Below the pieces are notes generated by a model. It was not told the DNA's origin. It did not search any database and worked only from the letters and a program-made list of their open reading frames with translations. The position numbers and the translations under genes are program-made. Shown piece after piece: positions 1 through 9,613 of a stretch of DNA of 64,000 nucleotides. Within the stretch, counting starts at the first letter, position 1; each line of letters opens with the position of its first letter. This stretch comes from a virus (lineage: Duplodnaviria; Caudoviricetes), in IMG/VR virus record IMGVR_UViG_3300025784_000006, positions 64,001 through 128,000 of that record. One strand, given 5' to 3'.

Positions 1-3000
1 GAGGACCGAGTCGTTAGCCGATCCAGACCCGTTCGGGTTGTCGGAGGTGACGTAGAACCCGTCGACCCTCGGCTCCCCGATGTCCCCCTGGCCGTCCGTC
101 GATCCGATGCCGGTCCCGTAGGCGAGCCAGCTGCGGGACACGCGCCCCGCGATGACCGAGTCGCGAACCGCGACCTGCGAGGAAGTCCCGTAACCCGCCG
201 AGGAGAGCGGGATCGCCGAGAGGTGCAGGAACTCCGACCCCGCCTCGTCGTGCTCCACGGAGGCGACCGCGACGTTGCCGAACGTGCCGACCGCACCAGC
301 GGCGTCGAACCGGAGCAGGTAGGTCGTCGCGGACGTCGCGCGGTAGGCGTTGAGCCCTGACACGAGACGTCGTACCGACACGAGCGTACGCTCGGCCACC
401 TGCCCAGGAGAGAGCCCGATCGTCGGGGCCGCCGTGCTGTCCCCAACCGAGATGATCGATCGCTCGTCCGAGCGGATGCTCGTCACCCGGATCCCGGATC
501 CCTCACGGCGTACCGTGCCCGAGGAGAGGATGGTTCCCGCGCCGCCAAACGGTGTGCCCTGAACGGCAGCCATTGCGGCCACCACCTGCGCGAAGAGGCT
601 GTTCGGGTTCGCTGCGGGCCCCACCGGAGTAGGCGTCCCGCCCGAACTGGAGGCGAACCGCACCACCACCGACTGCCCATCCACGGTGAAGCGCAGCTCG
701 TTGTTGGCTGCGCGCTGACCCGTACCATCGTAGAACACGACGAGGGGCTCTCCCGTGGTGCCGTCCTGCCCGACCCCAAAGTTCGCCCGCATGAGGATCG
801 AGGCGGGACGAACCAGCGCGTGCGGCCCGCCTTCCCCGAAGTCGCCCACCAGCATTCCCACTCGAACGGCCGCTGAGCCCGTGAGCACCCGTAGGGTCGA
901 GCGCTGCGCCTGACCCGTGGGGTCCACCGACCCCGACCGACCCGGGAACAAGCGTCCCCGGATGACGAGTCGGTCCGCAGTCCGCGAGCCGTCCGACCGC
1001 GCTACTCCGAACGCATGTGCGACGGGAGCGTCAACGAGGACCGCCTGACCTCCACCAAACCCGGAGCCGGTGTCGAAACCCGCCAGGACGGAGAAGTCCG
1101 CCGCCGGTCCCTTGGGGGCCGCGACGAACGAGAGGGCTCCCGCAGAGTCGAGCGCGGCAGACCGCAGGCCCACCACGAGGCGGCCATCCCCGTCCGCACG
1201 GAAGCTGACCCGCAGGCCCGCGAACTTCGTGGCGATCGCTGCGATCGCCGCGTTGAGCCCAATCTCCAGCGTCGAGGCCAGGTCGCCCGGCGTGGGGTAG
1301 GTGCCCGCCGGGATGTCGAGCGTGACGACGCCGGTAGCTCCCGTAACGCTTCCCACGTAGGCCATCGCGACCTGCGAGAACTGCCCAGGAGAGATGGTTA
1401 GGGACGCGTCAAAGATCGTCTCGCCTCGCATCTCCGGGATCGCGCTCGGGTCGCGCAGCCGGATCGGGTCACCCTTGACGAGGGCCCCGCCGGCCCAGGG
1501 GGCGCTGACCGTGATGGTGCGCGTCGCAGGGTCATAGGATGCGACCTTGCGCGTCTGACCCGGCGTCGCCGCCGCAGCCGTGTCTCCGACCACGACCTCC
1601 CAGCCCTTGAACCGGTCGGTCATGTCGCCGCTGGTCAGCAGCGGAACAACGACGGTGTTCCCGCTGCCTCCGTCAGCCTGACCCTGCCAACCGCACACGG
1701 CGAGGTTGATGGCGTCGCGAACGAGACCCACCGTCGCCCCCTGGCGTGCAGGCACCACCGCGGTGACCTGCACACCCTCCATCTCAAGGACGAGCTCCTC
1801 GGGGCGATCGATCGTGTAGGACTGACCGACGACCGACCCCTTGCCGCCCGTGTAGTTGACCACGTCCCCCACGAGCGTGGGAGGGAAGCCCGCGGTGAAG
1901 CCCGCAAGGTTGGCGGGGTCCGAAAGGTCGATGCCCGCCAGGCCCGTCATGAGGTCTGCGTTGTTCACGCGGATGCGCGCCCGGTCCGAGTAGCTGCGGA
2001 CGAGCGCGTAGGGACCGGAGCCTGACACCGCGTAGCGTGCCGAGGTGGGCTGCTCCGTTGCCATGTGGACCGTAATGGTCTCCTCGACGGGACCCTTGAA
2101 GAGGGGATCGGATACACCCTCCAAACGCGCGTCGGAGGACAGGTCGGAACCGCCCGGCCACTCGAGCGACACGTCGAAGATCGCCGGCCCCTTGGACCCA
2201 GGGTCGTAGATCGCGCAGAAGAGCGACCGGTCGCCCACGTCGAGGACTCGATAGGTCCCGAACGTCGAGGCCCCTGCACGCTCGCACCGCAGGCGGTACA
2301 CCGCGTCAGAGAGCGCGTTGTAGTAGGCGGTCGCGTAGACCTTGGCCCCCACGGGGACCGGAGACCCCAGGGTGAACATCGCCCCGTTGGCCTGCACGAC
2401 GCGCTGACGTCCGCGCAGCAGCGCGTCCTGCGGGTCGTAGCCCCAGTAGGCCCAGATGAGGTCCGGTCGGTCTGATGGAGTCCCCGTGCGGGTGTTGGCC
2501 GTCAGGTTGAAGAGCGACTGACCAAGCGGCGTGTCGCGCCCGTTGCCGAGCGTAGGCAGGCGGGGGTGGATGAACGACGTAGTGCTCTGCACCACCTGCC
2601 CCCCCACGCTCTGCACGACCGGCTTGCAGGGAGCCAGGAAGTCCCGGTCGTCCAGCATGAAGGCGTCCACCTGGTCCGGACCGAACGCCACATACCCTGC
2701 TTCCGGGAGCTTCGCCGGCCGCACCGACCATGAGGCCCCCCACAGGATTCGGTCGGAGTCGAGCACGTAGTCCGCGCCGTCGGTGTAGGCGGATCGCCCT
2801 GGAGTGTCCCCCACCCGAACGATCCGCGTGACCCCCCGATGACCGAGGTAGTCGTAGGTGTCCTGCCAGGTGTTCGACCAGTAGGTGATGACCACCTTGG
2901 CCCCCGCGCGCGGCGCGATCGACAGGGTCACCTGTCGAGACCGCCCATCGACCGACTCGGCAGGAATCGTTTCTCCGTCGACACGAACGACCACCTTGGT

Positions 3001-3954
3001 GGGGTCGGTCGTCGTAACACCACCGTTGCTGCCATCGACGATCGGCCCCTCGTTGGTCACGAAGGTACGCCGGCGCCGGTACAGCTGCCCCGGCTCAAGC
3101 CCAAGGAGGCTGCACGCCGACCCCCCCGTCACCTCAAGCTCGTGGTCTGCGGTGAGGGACAGCGTGGACAAGCCCAGGTTGTTGAGGAGGGTACCTGCGC
3201 GCAGCGACTGAGCGCGCGCCGCCGAGATGGAGTTGGCCGCCTGCCGCATGGTGTAGCGGCCGGGCGGGATGCGAATGTCCACCGCTGCACGGTCGACGTT
3301 GAGCAACAGGCGGTTGTTGCCAGGCACCACGACCTGACCACTTGGACCGACCTGCTCGTCCATGAACTGGAGCGTCTCGCCCTGGTTGTTGTCCGCGTCC
3401 GTGTCCGCGATCCCGCGAAGCCCGTAGATGACCGCCGCCTCGGGGGTCACCTGGAACGACAGGTCGTCCGTGAACTGCGTGTCGGTGCGCTTGAAGTAGT
3501 AGGTGCAGGCCACCGTGGAGGTGGGGTCAGGGGCCACCACCAGCTCGATGATCCCCTGCACACCGTCGACAGACTGCACAACCGCAGGCCGACCATCGAC
3601 GAACACCTGAACGTCTGACTGCGACGTAGTAGGGCGTCCGATACCCGCTCCGTCGACGATCGGGTAGTGGTGGACGCGGAACTTGGTGATGACCCCGTCG
3701 AAGTCCGTGAGGGAGATGATGCCGCCGCTCATCACCTTGCGGACCGCGCGGCCTCGCTCGTCCTCGAGCACGACGTTCTGGTCCGCCACGGAAGAGGAGC
3801 CGCGAACGATCTCCAGGTCGGTCTGCGTCAGCAGCTCCGTGCCCTCACCGATGAACGCGGGGATCCGCACCGACTCCGGAAACCCCTCGTCGGGGATCTC
3901 GATATCGGTCGTGACGTATACGCCAGGCGGGCGGTAAGTATTAACAATGGCCAC
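1..3954 (-). CDS. Tail sheath protein, very long (>1318 aa), truncated at the left window edge
   Basis: Absent from the ORF track, presumably because it has no stop in the window. GTG at 3954 follows a GGAGG SD. Translates MAIVNTYRPPGVYVTTDIEIP...RIPAFIGEG, the PGVY...AFIG N-terminal signature of contractile sheaths. The frame is open at both ends where I read it (...GFYVTSDNPNGSGSANDSVL at positions 60 to 1). Confidence 0.8.
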   Translation of the reverse strand, partial: MAIVNTYRPPGVYVTTDIEIPDEGFPESVRIPAFIGEGTELLTQTDLEIVRGSSSVADQNVVLEDERGRAVRKVMSGGIISLTDFDGVITKFRVHHYPIVDGAGIGRPTTSQSDVQVFVDGRPAVVQSVDGVQGIIELVVAPDPTSTVACTYYFKRTDTQFTDDLSFQVTPEAAVIYGLRGIADTDADNNQGETLQFMDEQVGPSGQVVVPGNNRLLLNVDRAAVDIRIPPGRYTMRQAANSISAARAQSLRAGTLLNNLGLSTLSLTADHELEVTGGSACSLLGLEPGQLYRRRRTFVTNEGPIVDGSNGGVTTTDPTKVVVRVDGETIPAESVDGRSRQVTLSIAPRAGAKVVITYWSNTWQDTYDYLGHRGVTRIVRVGDTPGRSAYTDGADYVLDSDRILWGASWSVRPAKLPEAGYVAFGPDQVDAFMLDDRDFLAPCKPVVQSVGGQVVQSTTSFIHPRLPTLGNGRDTPLGQSLFNLTANTRTGTPSDRPDLIWAYWGYDPQDALLRGRQRVVQANGAMFTLGSPVPVGAKVYATAYYNALSDAVYRLRCERAGASTFGTYRVLDVGDRSLFCAIYDPGSKGPAIFDVSLEWPGGSDLSSDARLEGVSDPLFKGPVEETITVHMATEQPTSARYAVSGSGPYALVRSYSDRARIRVNNADLMTGLAGIDLSDPANLAGFTAGFPPTLVGDVVNYTGGKGSVVGQSYTIDRPEELVLEMEGVQVTAVVPARQGATVGLVRDAINLAVCGWQGQADGGSGNTVVVPLLTSGDMTDRFKGWEVVVGDTAAAATPGQTRKVASYDPATRTITVSAPWAGGALVKGDPIRLRDPSAIPEMRGETIFDASLTISPGQFSQVAMAYVGSVTGATGVVTLDIPAGTYPTPGDLASTLEIGLNAAIAAIATKFAGLRVSFRADGDGRLVVGLRSAALDSAGALSFVAAPKGPAADFSVLAGFDTGSGFGGGQAVLVDAPVAHAFGVARSDGSRTADRLVIRGRLFPGRSGSVDPTGQAQRSTLRVLTGSAAVRVGMLVGDFGEGGPHALVRPASILMRANFGVGQDGTTGEPLVVFYDGTGQRAANNELRFTVDGQSVVVRFASSSGGTPTPVGPAANPNSLFAQVVAAMAAVQGTPFGGAGTILSSGTVRREGSGIRVTSIRSDERSIISVGDSTAAPTIGLSPGQVAERTLVSVRRLVSGLNAYRATSATTYLLRFDAAGAVGTFGNVAVASVEHDEAGSEFLHLSAIPLSSAGYGTSSQVAVRDSVIAGRVSRSWLAYGTGIGSTDGQGDIGEPRVDGFYVTSDNPNGSGSANDSVL

Positions 3955-3975
3955 AGCAGACCTCCTGCCAGGCGG

Positions 3976-3987
3976 GCGATATAGCGG
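3976..3987 (-). promoter_or_regulatory. Candidate late promoter motif (minus strand CCGCTATATCGC) upstream of the sheath gene
   Basis: AT-rich core in a GC-rich genome. The + strand motif GGGCG..ATATAGCGG recurs at ~37185-37200, upstream of the head/packaging genes. Confidence 0.4.
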
Positions 3988-4007
3988 GATTAAGTGGCCG
4001 GAGAGGT

Positions 4008-4268
4008 CTAGCCGCGGGACGAATCCCGCGAACGAACCTTCTCGCGAAGGTCGCGCGCGACCAAGGGAAGGTGAGGCTCGATGTGGTTCGCGTACGTGAG
4101 GACCGCTGCCCGGCACGCGAGGGCGTGCGGGTCCTGTCCGTCCAGGCGCAGCACGAAGTAGTCGGCGGACGGGTCTACGGGAGACCCGTCCGCCTTACAG
4201 ATCTGGTACTTGGGGTACAGACCTCGAGCTTGGTCCTGCGGGGAGGGGTCCGTTGTGGGAGGAGTCAT
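4008..4268 (-). CDS. Small phage hypothetical protein (86 aa)
   Basis: Globular-looking ORF (GLYPKYQICKADG...YFVLRLD...DPHA). A TAGAGT -10-like box lies 6 nt before the ATG. Confidence 0.7.
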   Translation of the reverse strand: MTPPTTDPSPQDQARGLYPKYQICKADGSPVDPSADYFVLRLDGQDPHALACRAAVLTYANHIEPHLPLVARDLREKVRSRDSSRG

Positions 4269-4291
4269 GGTACGACTCTACCCTCATCAGA

Positions 4292-4369
4292 CTACTGGGG
4301 GATGACGGGCAGACGAAACTCGTACCGGTAACCGCAGCGACGGCACAGGCAGTAGAGGTAAGACCGCAT
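4292..4369 (-). CDS. 25-aa Cys-rich micropeptide (MRSYLYCLCRRCGYRYEFRLPVIPQ)
   Basis: GGAGG SD at 4375-4379, 5 nt before the ATG. CxxCG half zinc-ribbon motif. Below the ORF-track length cutoff. Confidence 0.5.
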   Translation of the reverse strand: MRSYLYCLCRRCGYRYEFRLPVIPQ

Positions 4370-4496
4370 GAGAGCCTCCAAGCGAATGGGTTGAGGATAG
4401 ACGCGGCAGCACGTTGCGTCAGAACCCATCTTGCGCGAGGTCACCGTGAGCGGATCACATTGTACGGGGTCGGGTCCGGTAGGAACCCGATGCGGA

Positions 4497-4988
4497 TCAG
4501 GGAGAGGTCACCACATCGTAGAGGTCGTCCAGGCGCACCAGGACGCGAACGCCATCCGCATCGACCTCGACGACCTCCTCACCGGCCACGCAGTGGTCAC
4601 GCAGCAGCATGCGAAGCTCCATGACCGCCTGGGCCTCAAGGGGGGACATCGAGACCAGGATGATCGGCGTCGTGACGACGGCGAACTCCTGCACGACATG
4701 CTGCTCAGGGCTGGCAGCCGTCTGCTTGAGGGTCCACCGGATCCGATACGTGCCTGGCTGCGCCCCTGTCGGGATCAAGATGGCAGCGTAGTACTCTCCA
4801 CGCGCCGGGTGCGCAGGTTCTCGCGTCGGACTCCCCACGAGCACCTCCGTCTCCGGAGGTCCCGGGTCCACGTAGTAGAGGGCGAAGGTGACGCTGTAGG
4901 GGTCGTAGGGCTGGCCCTTAGGGTCCGCCAGGAAGATCGAGAGGTCTGGTCGCCCCAGCAGCTGACCTGGCTGGAAGGTGGTCGCCAT
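4497..4988 (-). CDS. Probable virion protein (Ig-like N-terminal part) ending in an intein-like N-fragment
   Basis: Beta-rich GEYYAAILIPTGAQPGTYRIRW. The C-terminus CVAGEEVVEVDADGVRVLVRLDDLYDVV resembles intein block A. Confidence 0.65.
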   Translation of the reverse strand: MATTFQPGQLLGRPDLSIFLADPKGQPYDPYSVTFALYYVDPGPPETEVLVGSPTREPAHPARGEYYAAILIPTGAQPGTYRIRWTLKQTAASPEQHVVQEFAVVTTPIILVSMSPLEAQAVMELRMLLRDHCVAGEEVVEVDADGVRVLVRLDDLYDVVTSP

Positions 4989-5918
4989 CTACATCAGGGG
5001 GACGCCGTCCGCCGTGTAGACGACGAGCGCCCCGCTGGTGTAACCCGTCTCAGGGACGGGCGACCCGTCAAGCTGAACCGCCCGCGGAACGTAGGGGAGC
5101 ACGGAGCTCGCCGTGTAGGCGAACCGCGGGTTCTTGGCGAAGAACTCAGTTCCAGGCTTGAGCTGCGACAGGTGACCCTCCGCGAGGGAGGCGAGCAGCG
5201 CCTCGGTGACCATGAGCTCGCGCACCTTGCGGAACCCACCCTCCGGGGGGTCCAGGAACCGGCCCGAAACCATCGGGGCGATCACAGCAGGCAGCGCATC
5301 CGCAACCGCCCTACGCTGCGCGGGCGTGAGCCGCTTGCCCCCTGCTCCCAGGAGCGGCACGCCGGCCGGAAGCCCGTAGGTCTCCCCGGCTAGCAGCCGG
5401 ATCACGTCCTCCACGCGCCCAAACGCCGCAGAAGTCGGAGTGGACGCCTTGAACTCCACCACGACACCGGTCGTCGCGAAGGCGACGGACTCGATGTCCC
5501 CCACCCGCAGGGATTGCCGCCTGTAGGCCAACTTGAAGATCGCCAGCGCGAGGTTGGTCGCCTCGGTCGTGGTGAGCACGCGCGACATGCCGCCCGGGTC
5601 AGCCGTCGCACAGTCGAGCAGGTACGCGGTGAGCCCGTACGACACGTCCTGCGGGCCGTAGGCGTCCACCGTGGTGTCCCCGTTGTAGTCGAAGCCGGCG
5701 ATGGCAGGGAGTGGAGAGGTCGTACGCGACCCCCCCACATACAGGCCGTGAGCCGTCTGGGTCGGGCCTGGCTGGTCTGCCCCGACCCCCACGTAGAAGG
5801 TCTGCCCCTCCGGGTCGAGCGTAGACCGCAGTGCGGTGTTCGGGACCAGGTCGAGCACCTGGAGGGAAAGCCCCCCAAGGTCGGAGCGGATCGGGATCGA
5901 ATAGGCGATCGGAGTCAT
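4989..5918 (-). CDS. Hypothetical (probable virion) protein, paralog 1 of a tandem triplet
   Basis: Shares DL.P...DP.GQT, GL.AY, GHLS.L and VVY..dG motifs with the next two ORFs. Confidence 0.75.
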   Translation of the reverse strand: MTPIAYSIPIRSDLGGLSLQVLDLVPNTALRSTLDPEGQTFYVGVGADQPGPTQTAHGLYVGGSRTTSPLPAIAGFDYNGDTTVDAYGPQDVSYGLTAYLLDCATADPGGMSRVLTTTEATNLALAIFKLAYRRQSLRVGDIESVAFATTGVVVEFKASTPTSAAFGRVEDVIRLLAGETYGLPAGVPLLGAGGKRLTPAQRRAVADALPAVIAPMVSGRFLDPPEGGFRKVRELMVTEALLASLAEGHLSQLKPGTEFFAKNPRFAYTASSVLPYVPRAVQLDGSPVPETGYTSGALVVYTADGVPLM

Positions 5919-5949
5919 GTTGGCCTCTGTGGTTTCGGAAGGGTCGCAG

Positions 5950-6840
5950 CTACGCGATCACCATCCCGTTGGCGTCGTACACGACGGCGGCGCGCGCGCG
6001 GAAGGCCGCCTGCCCCGCCTCGGGCCCCGGGATCGACTTCCCACCAACGGTGGTCGCAGTGCCCGCAGGTCCGTAGGTGAAGGTCCCCCGACGCCAGCGA
6101 AAGCGCGGGTCCACCAGGTGAGACAGCCACCCCTTGCGGATCGACTGCCGCAGCTCGGCGCAGTCGATGAGCGGCACCTGCTCCGCCGGAGGGGGCTGGA
6201 CCGTGAGCGGCGGGCGCGCCGGCTTGGGCGGCAGCCCGTAGCGCGGGGCCGCGACCGGCGCAGGCCGCCCGTTGAGGAAGTAACCGAGCGGCGCGTGCTT
6301 CATCGTCACCGTGTCGACCGGGAACGCCCCGTTCATCTCGACCACCTTCGCGCCGGCCGGCACGAGGTAGGTGTGGTCCGAGACCACCCGGAGCAGCCCG
6401 TCGATCGACCCGGTCGACTTGGAGGTCGCGCTGGGGAACACCGACGACCCGGTGACGCCTGGAATCTTGTTGAGGGCCGCGTCGATGTCCGCCGCGGCCA
6501 GGGGCAGCGCCGCCTCCACCCGCTGGAGGATGGCGGTCTCGAAGTACGCCGCCTGCACGTCCGTCAGGGCGAGCGACTTGCCGCCGTCCTGGTTCTGGAT
6601 GTTGTCGATCGCCCACGCCGACAGCCCCCGCAGGTCGACGGGGGCGGTCGCCGACCCGTCCATCGCGAAGGTGAGCGGCGGGGTCCCGGCCGCCACGGGC
6701 GGCTCGGGCAGGTGCCGGGTCTGCCCTGGCGGGGTGATGGACGGGCTCCGGTACAGCCCATCCGGCCGAAGGTCGAACAGGTACGGGAAGATCGGTCCCA
6801 GGTCCCTGCGAGTCGTCACGAGATACGCGAGCGCGGTCAT
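5950..6840 (-). CDS. Hypothetical (probable virion) protein, paralog 2
   Basis: Start MTALAYLV follows an AAGGA SD. Motifs ITPPGQTRHL, GWLSHL, AAVVYDANG. Confidence 0.75.
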   Translation of the reverse strand: MTALAYLVTTRRDLGPIFPYLFDLRPDGLYRSPSITPPGQTRHLPEPPVAAGTPPLTFAMDGSATAPVDLRGLSAWAIDNIQNQDGGKSLALTDVQAAYFETAILQRVEAALPLAAADIDAALNKIPGVTGSSVFPSATSKSTGSIDGLLRVVSDHTYLVPAGAKVVEMNGAFPVDTVTMKHAPLGYFLNGRPAPVAAPRYGLPPKPARPPLTVQPPPAEQVPLIDCAELRQSIRKGWLSHLVDPRFRWRRGTFTYGPAGTATTVGGKSIPGPEAGQAAFRARAAVVYDANGMVIA

Positions 6841-6865
6841 GAATGTGTCCTTCCTGTAGCGGTGG

Positions 6866-7948
6866 CTAGGCCACCACGTTCCCGTCCTGGTCATACACGA
6901 CGGCGACCCGACCCTGGTCTTTCCGGTGGCCAGGCAGCACGATCCCCCCCGTGAGGCGAGACAGGTGCCCCTTGAGGATCGAGGAGTCCGAGAAGCTGCC
7001 GGGGAAGGTCCGACGTACTGGGCCCTCCTCCGAGGGGGGAGTGGTGAGCTTCGTCGTCGGCCCCGGGTGGGCGGGGAAGATCCAGTAGGTCGAGCTCTGG
7101 AGCGGCCGGGTGAACGTCCCGACGCTGGGGCCCCCGAGCCACGCCTTGGTGGTCGTGTCGAACAGCCTCGTCCCCTCGTCGAGCCGAAACGCGCGGCCCG
7201 CCAGGATCGAGAGCAGCTCGGCGAGCACCCCCTGCGTGGCGAAGTCCGCCCCGGGGAGCGCGGTGGCGATCGCCGCGTTCACGTCCGCGACCGTCATCGC
7301 GTGGGCGGCCTGAAGGTACGCCTCGATCGCTAGCGCCGCCTGGTCGTAGGCGTCGGCCGCAGGGATGACGGCGGGCGGAGCCAGCGCACCCACCACGACG
7401 TGAGCGGGATCGCTCGCCGTGATGGGGGTGACCTTGACTGGAGGGTCGGTCGTGATGGTGACGACGTTCTTGTTGGCTGCCACCATGGCGCGCGTCACAC
7501 CCAGCGCGATGAGCAGGATTGGCAGGACCGTTGCGTCGTTGAGCACCGCGGCCAGCGATGCCGCAGAGGCGTCATCAGACCCAGCGGTCGCGGTGTCCTT
7601 GAAGGTGTTGGTGGCCGCATCCTCCTTGGTTCCCGCGGTGAGGACGAGGGCACCAAAGCTCACGGTGTCGCCGGCCTTGACGCCGGTGACCGTCAGGGTC
7701 GCGACGTTGTCCGCCTTCCCCCCGGGCTGCACGCGCGCGGCCAGGTAGGCCGCGACTCCGTGCGCGGGGCGGTAGGTCGATCCCGTCTCGACAGAGAAGG
7801 CGACCGACCCGACGTCGGGGTACCGCAGGTAGCGGCACTGGGCGGGCGGGTCGATCGACCCGTTGCGGCGGGCTGCGTCGCCCCGCAGGTCGCCCACGTA
7901 GATCGTCCCACTCTTGGCGGGAACGGTTAGGCAGAGGTAGAGCTCCAC
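6866..7948 (-). CDS. Hypothetical (probable virion) protein, paralog 3, with an inserted Thr/Ala-rich beta domain
   Basis: Motifs IDPPAQCRYL, GHLSRL, VAVVYDQDG. GGAGG SD. Confidence 0.75.
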   Translation of the reverse strand: MELYLCLTVPAKSGTIYVGDLRGDAARRNGSIDPPAQCRYLRYPDVGSVAFSVETGSTYRPAHGVAAYLAARVQPGGKADNVATLTVTGVKAGDTVSFGALVLTAGTKEDAATNTFKDTATAGSDDASAASLAAVLNDATVLPILLIALGVTRAMVAANKNVVTITTDPPVKVTPITASDPAHVVVGALAPPAVIPAADAYDQAALAIEAYLQAAHAMTVADVNAAIATALPGADFATQGVLAELLSILAGRAFRLDEGTRLFDTTTKAWLGGPSVGTFTRPLQSSTYWIFPAHPGPTTKLTTPPSEEGPVRRTFPGSFSDSSILKGHLSRLTGGIVLPGHRKDQGRVAVVYDQDGNVVA

Positions 7949-8012
7949 AGGGTCCTCCAGTTCGTAGGGCTTTCTGCCCTACGGGCACCTCATAGAGAAC
8001 CCATCGGGACGC

Positions 8013-8798
8013 CTAGCGGTTGAAGAGGAACGAGACCGTGTCGGCCGCGAACGGAACCACCTTGGCCCCCAGGGCGGCCAGGAGCAGGTACTTGACCGAC
8101 GAGGTGATCTCCAGCGGAGAGCCGGCCGGGACCCCGACGACCGGCATCCCCCAGTCGAAGGAGTAGCCGAGCCCGTCCACGTCGGTCCGCAGGGTGATCC
8201 CCGAGCACTGGTGCGGCAGCGCGATGAGCAGCGGGGGTGGGCTGTTCTTCCCCGAGAAGTCGGTCGTTGCGGACAGCGGAACACCGAGCTTGGCCCCCGT
8301 GCCCATCGGGGCAATCCCCTGGAAGTGGATGTTCTGGGCGTCCATCCCGTACACCGAGTCGGGTGGGGCGATGAGCGTGAACCCGAGCAGGGGGCTCGTG
8401 GACCCTGTCGGCCCCACCTCCACCTCCCGACCGTCCAGCATCACCTGCTGGACGGCCAGGTAGCAGACCTCGTCCTCCAGCAGCGGCGGGTCCAGGTCCC
8501 CGATCGACACCATGAAGCGCGCGTGCCGCGTGGTGCGGTCCGTGATGACCTGCGCGCGCTCGCGCAGGCTCGACGTGAAGAAGACGTCCCCCGTCCGGCA
8601 CTGCCCCACGAGCCTACGCTGGGTGGGGTCGCCCGTGATGCCCGACTTCTTGGGGGCCCCGTACATGTCCTCCAGCCGGGCGCTCGCCCAGAGGCGCACC
8701 GCCACGTGGTCCGCCCGGTTGGGCACGAGGATGTCCATCCCGCGAGGCCACCTGAAGAGGATCTCGGGGGCGAGGTTGTAACCACCCAGGCGGCTCAC
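8013..8798 (-). CDS. Hypothetical protein (261 aa)
   Basis: Long ORF with normal composition, coupled to the upstream gene by a GTGA overlap. Confidence 0.7.
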   Translation of the reverse strand: MSRLGGYNLAPEILFRWPRGMDILVPNRADHVAVRLWASARLEDMYGAPKKSGITGDPTQRRLVGQCRTGDVFFTSSLRERAQVITDRTTRHARFMVSIGDLDPPLLEDEVCYLAVQQVMLDGREVEVGPTGSTSPLLGFTLIAPPDSVYGMDAQNIHFQGIAPMGTGAKLGVPLSATTDFSGKNSPPPLLIALPHQCSGITLRTDVDGLGYSFDWGMPVVGVPAGSPLEITSSVKYLLLAALGAKVVPFAADTVSFLFNR

Positions 8799-9154
8799 GA
8801 CTGCGCCTCCGCCATGCGGGTGAACGGTCGCGGGTCAAGTCCCTTGGAGGCGGCGAGCCTGGCCGCCTCCGCCCAGCTCCCCACCTCCTCGCCCTCGACG
8901 TTGGGGCGCAGCGTGGGGGCGTGAGGGGCGTCCTGCTGGACCCTGGCGGCGCGTCGGGCCATCTGGGCGCGGAGCTCCATCCCCTTGCCAACCCAGTCGT
9001 CGCCGGTCCGAACGATCTCCTGCCCCCGCTTCGGGGGGACGGGTCGCGCCTCCTGCTCGCAGAGCGTGCAGAAGGTCTTCGGGTCGAGGGTGGCGGCAAT
9101 CCGCCGGTCCTGGGTGAAGCCACAGGAGGTACACCGCATACGATACAGCGCCAT
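8795..9154 (-). CDS. FmdB-like zinc-ribbon protein
   Basis: [12 protein letters not shown]...[11 protein letters not shown], with two CxxC motifs and a Y-x-x-x-C start. Confidence 0.7.
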   Translation of the reverse strand: MALYRMRCTSCGFTQDRRIAATLDPKTFCTLCEQEARPVPPKRGQEIVRTGDDWVGKGMELRAQMARRAARVQQDAPHAPTLRPNVEGEEVGSWAEAARLAASKGLDPRPFTRMAEAQS

Positions 9155-9229
9155 ACGCACACCTTACCGCGAGACGCGGCCAAAGACTCATATCAGCTCG
9201 CCCGAACGAAGCCCTACCGACAACAGGCC

Positions 9230-9613
9230 ATGTTCCAGCACGCGCAGAGCTCAGGAACCTCCGACGGTGCGCAGGGGGTTGCTGACGAGGAGGACGAAGG
9301 CGAGGACGGCCTACCGAGTCGACCCCGAACCCGGGGAGACTGTGTGGACGGCCCGCGTCCCTGCCCGTGGGTGGCGTGCCGCCACCACCTGTACCTCGAC
9401 GTACGACCTGAAACGGGGTCGATCAAGTTCAACTTCCCGGACATCGCACCCGAGGACATGGAGAACCGTCCCACCTGCTCGCTAGACGTGGCAGACCAAG
9501 GTGGAGTGACCCTGGAGGCCGCAGGTGAGATGATGAACCTCACCCGCGAGCGAGTGCGTCAGATCGAGACCCGCACGCTCGTCCGGCTGCGCGTCCTTAC
9601 CGACCACCGCTAG
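9230..9613 (+). CDS. Cys-rich sigma-70 region-4 HTH protein
   Basis: [22 protein letters not shown] followed by [20 protein letters not shown], the RpoD region 4.2 signature. Confidence 0.85.
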   Translation: MFQHAQSSGTSDGAQGVADEEDEGEDGLPSRPRTRGDCVDGPRPCPWVACRHHLYLDVRPETGSIKFNFPDIAPEDMENRPTCSLDVADQGGVTLEAAGEMMNLTRERVRQIETRTLVRLRVLTDHR

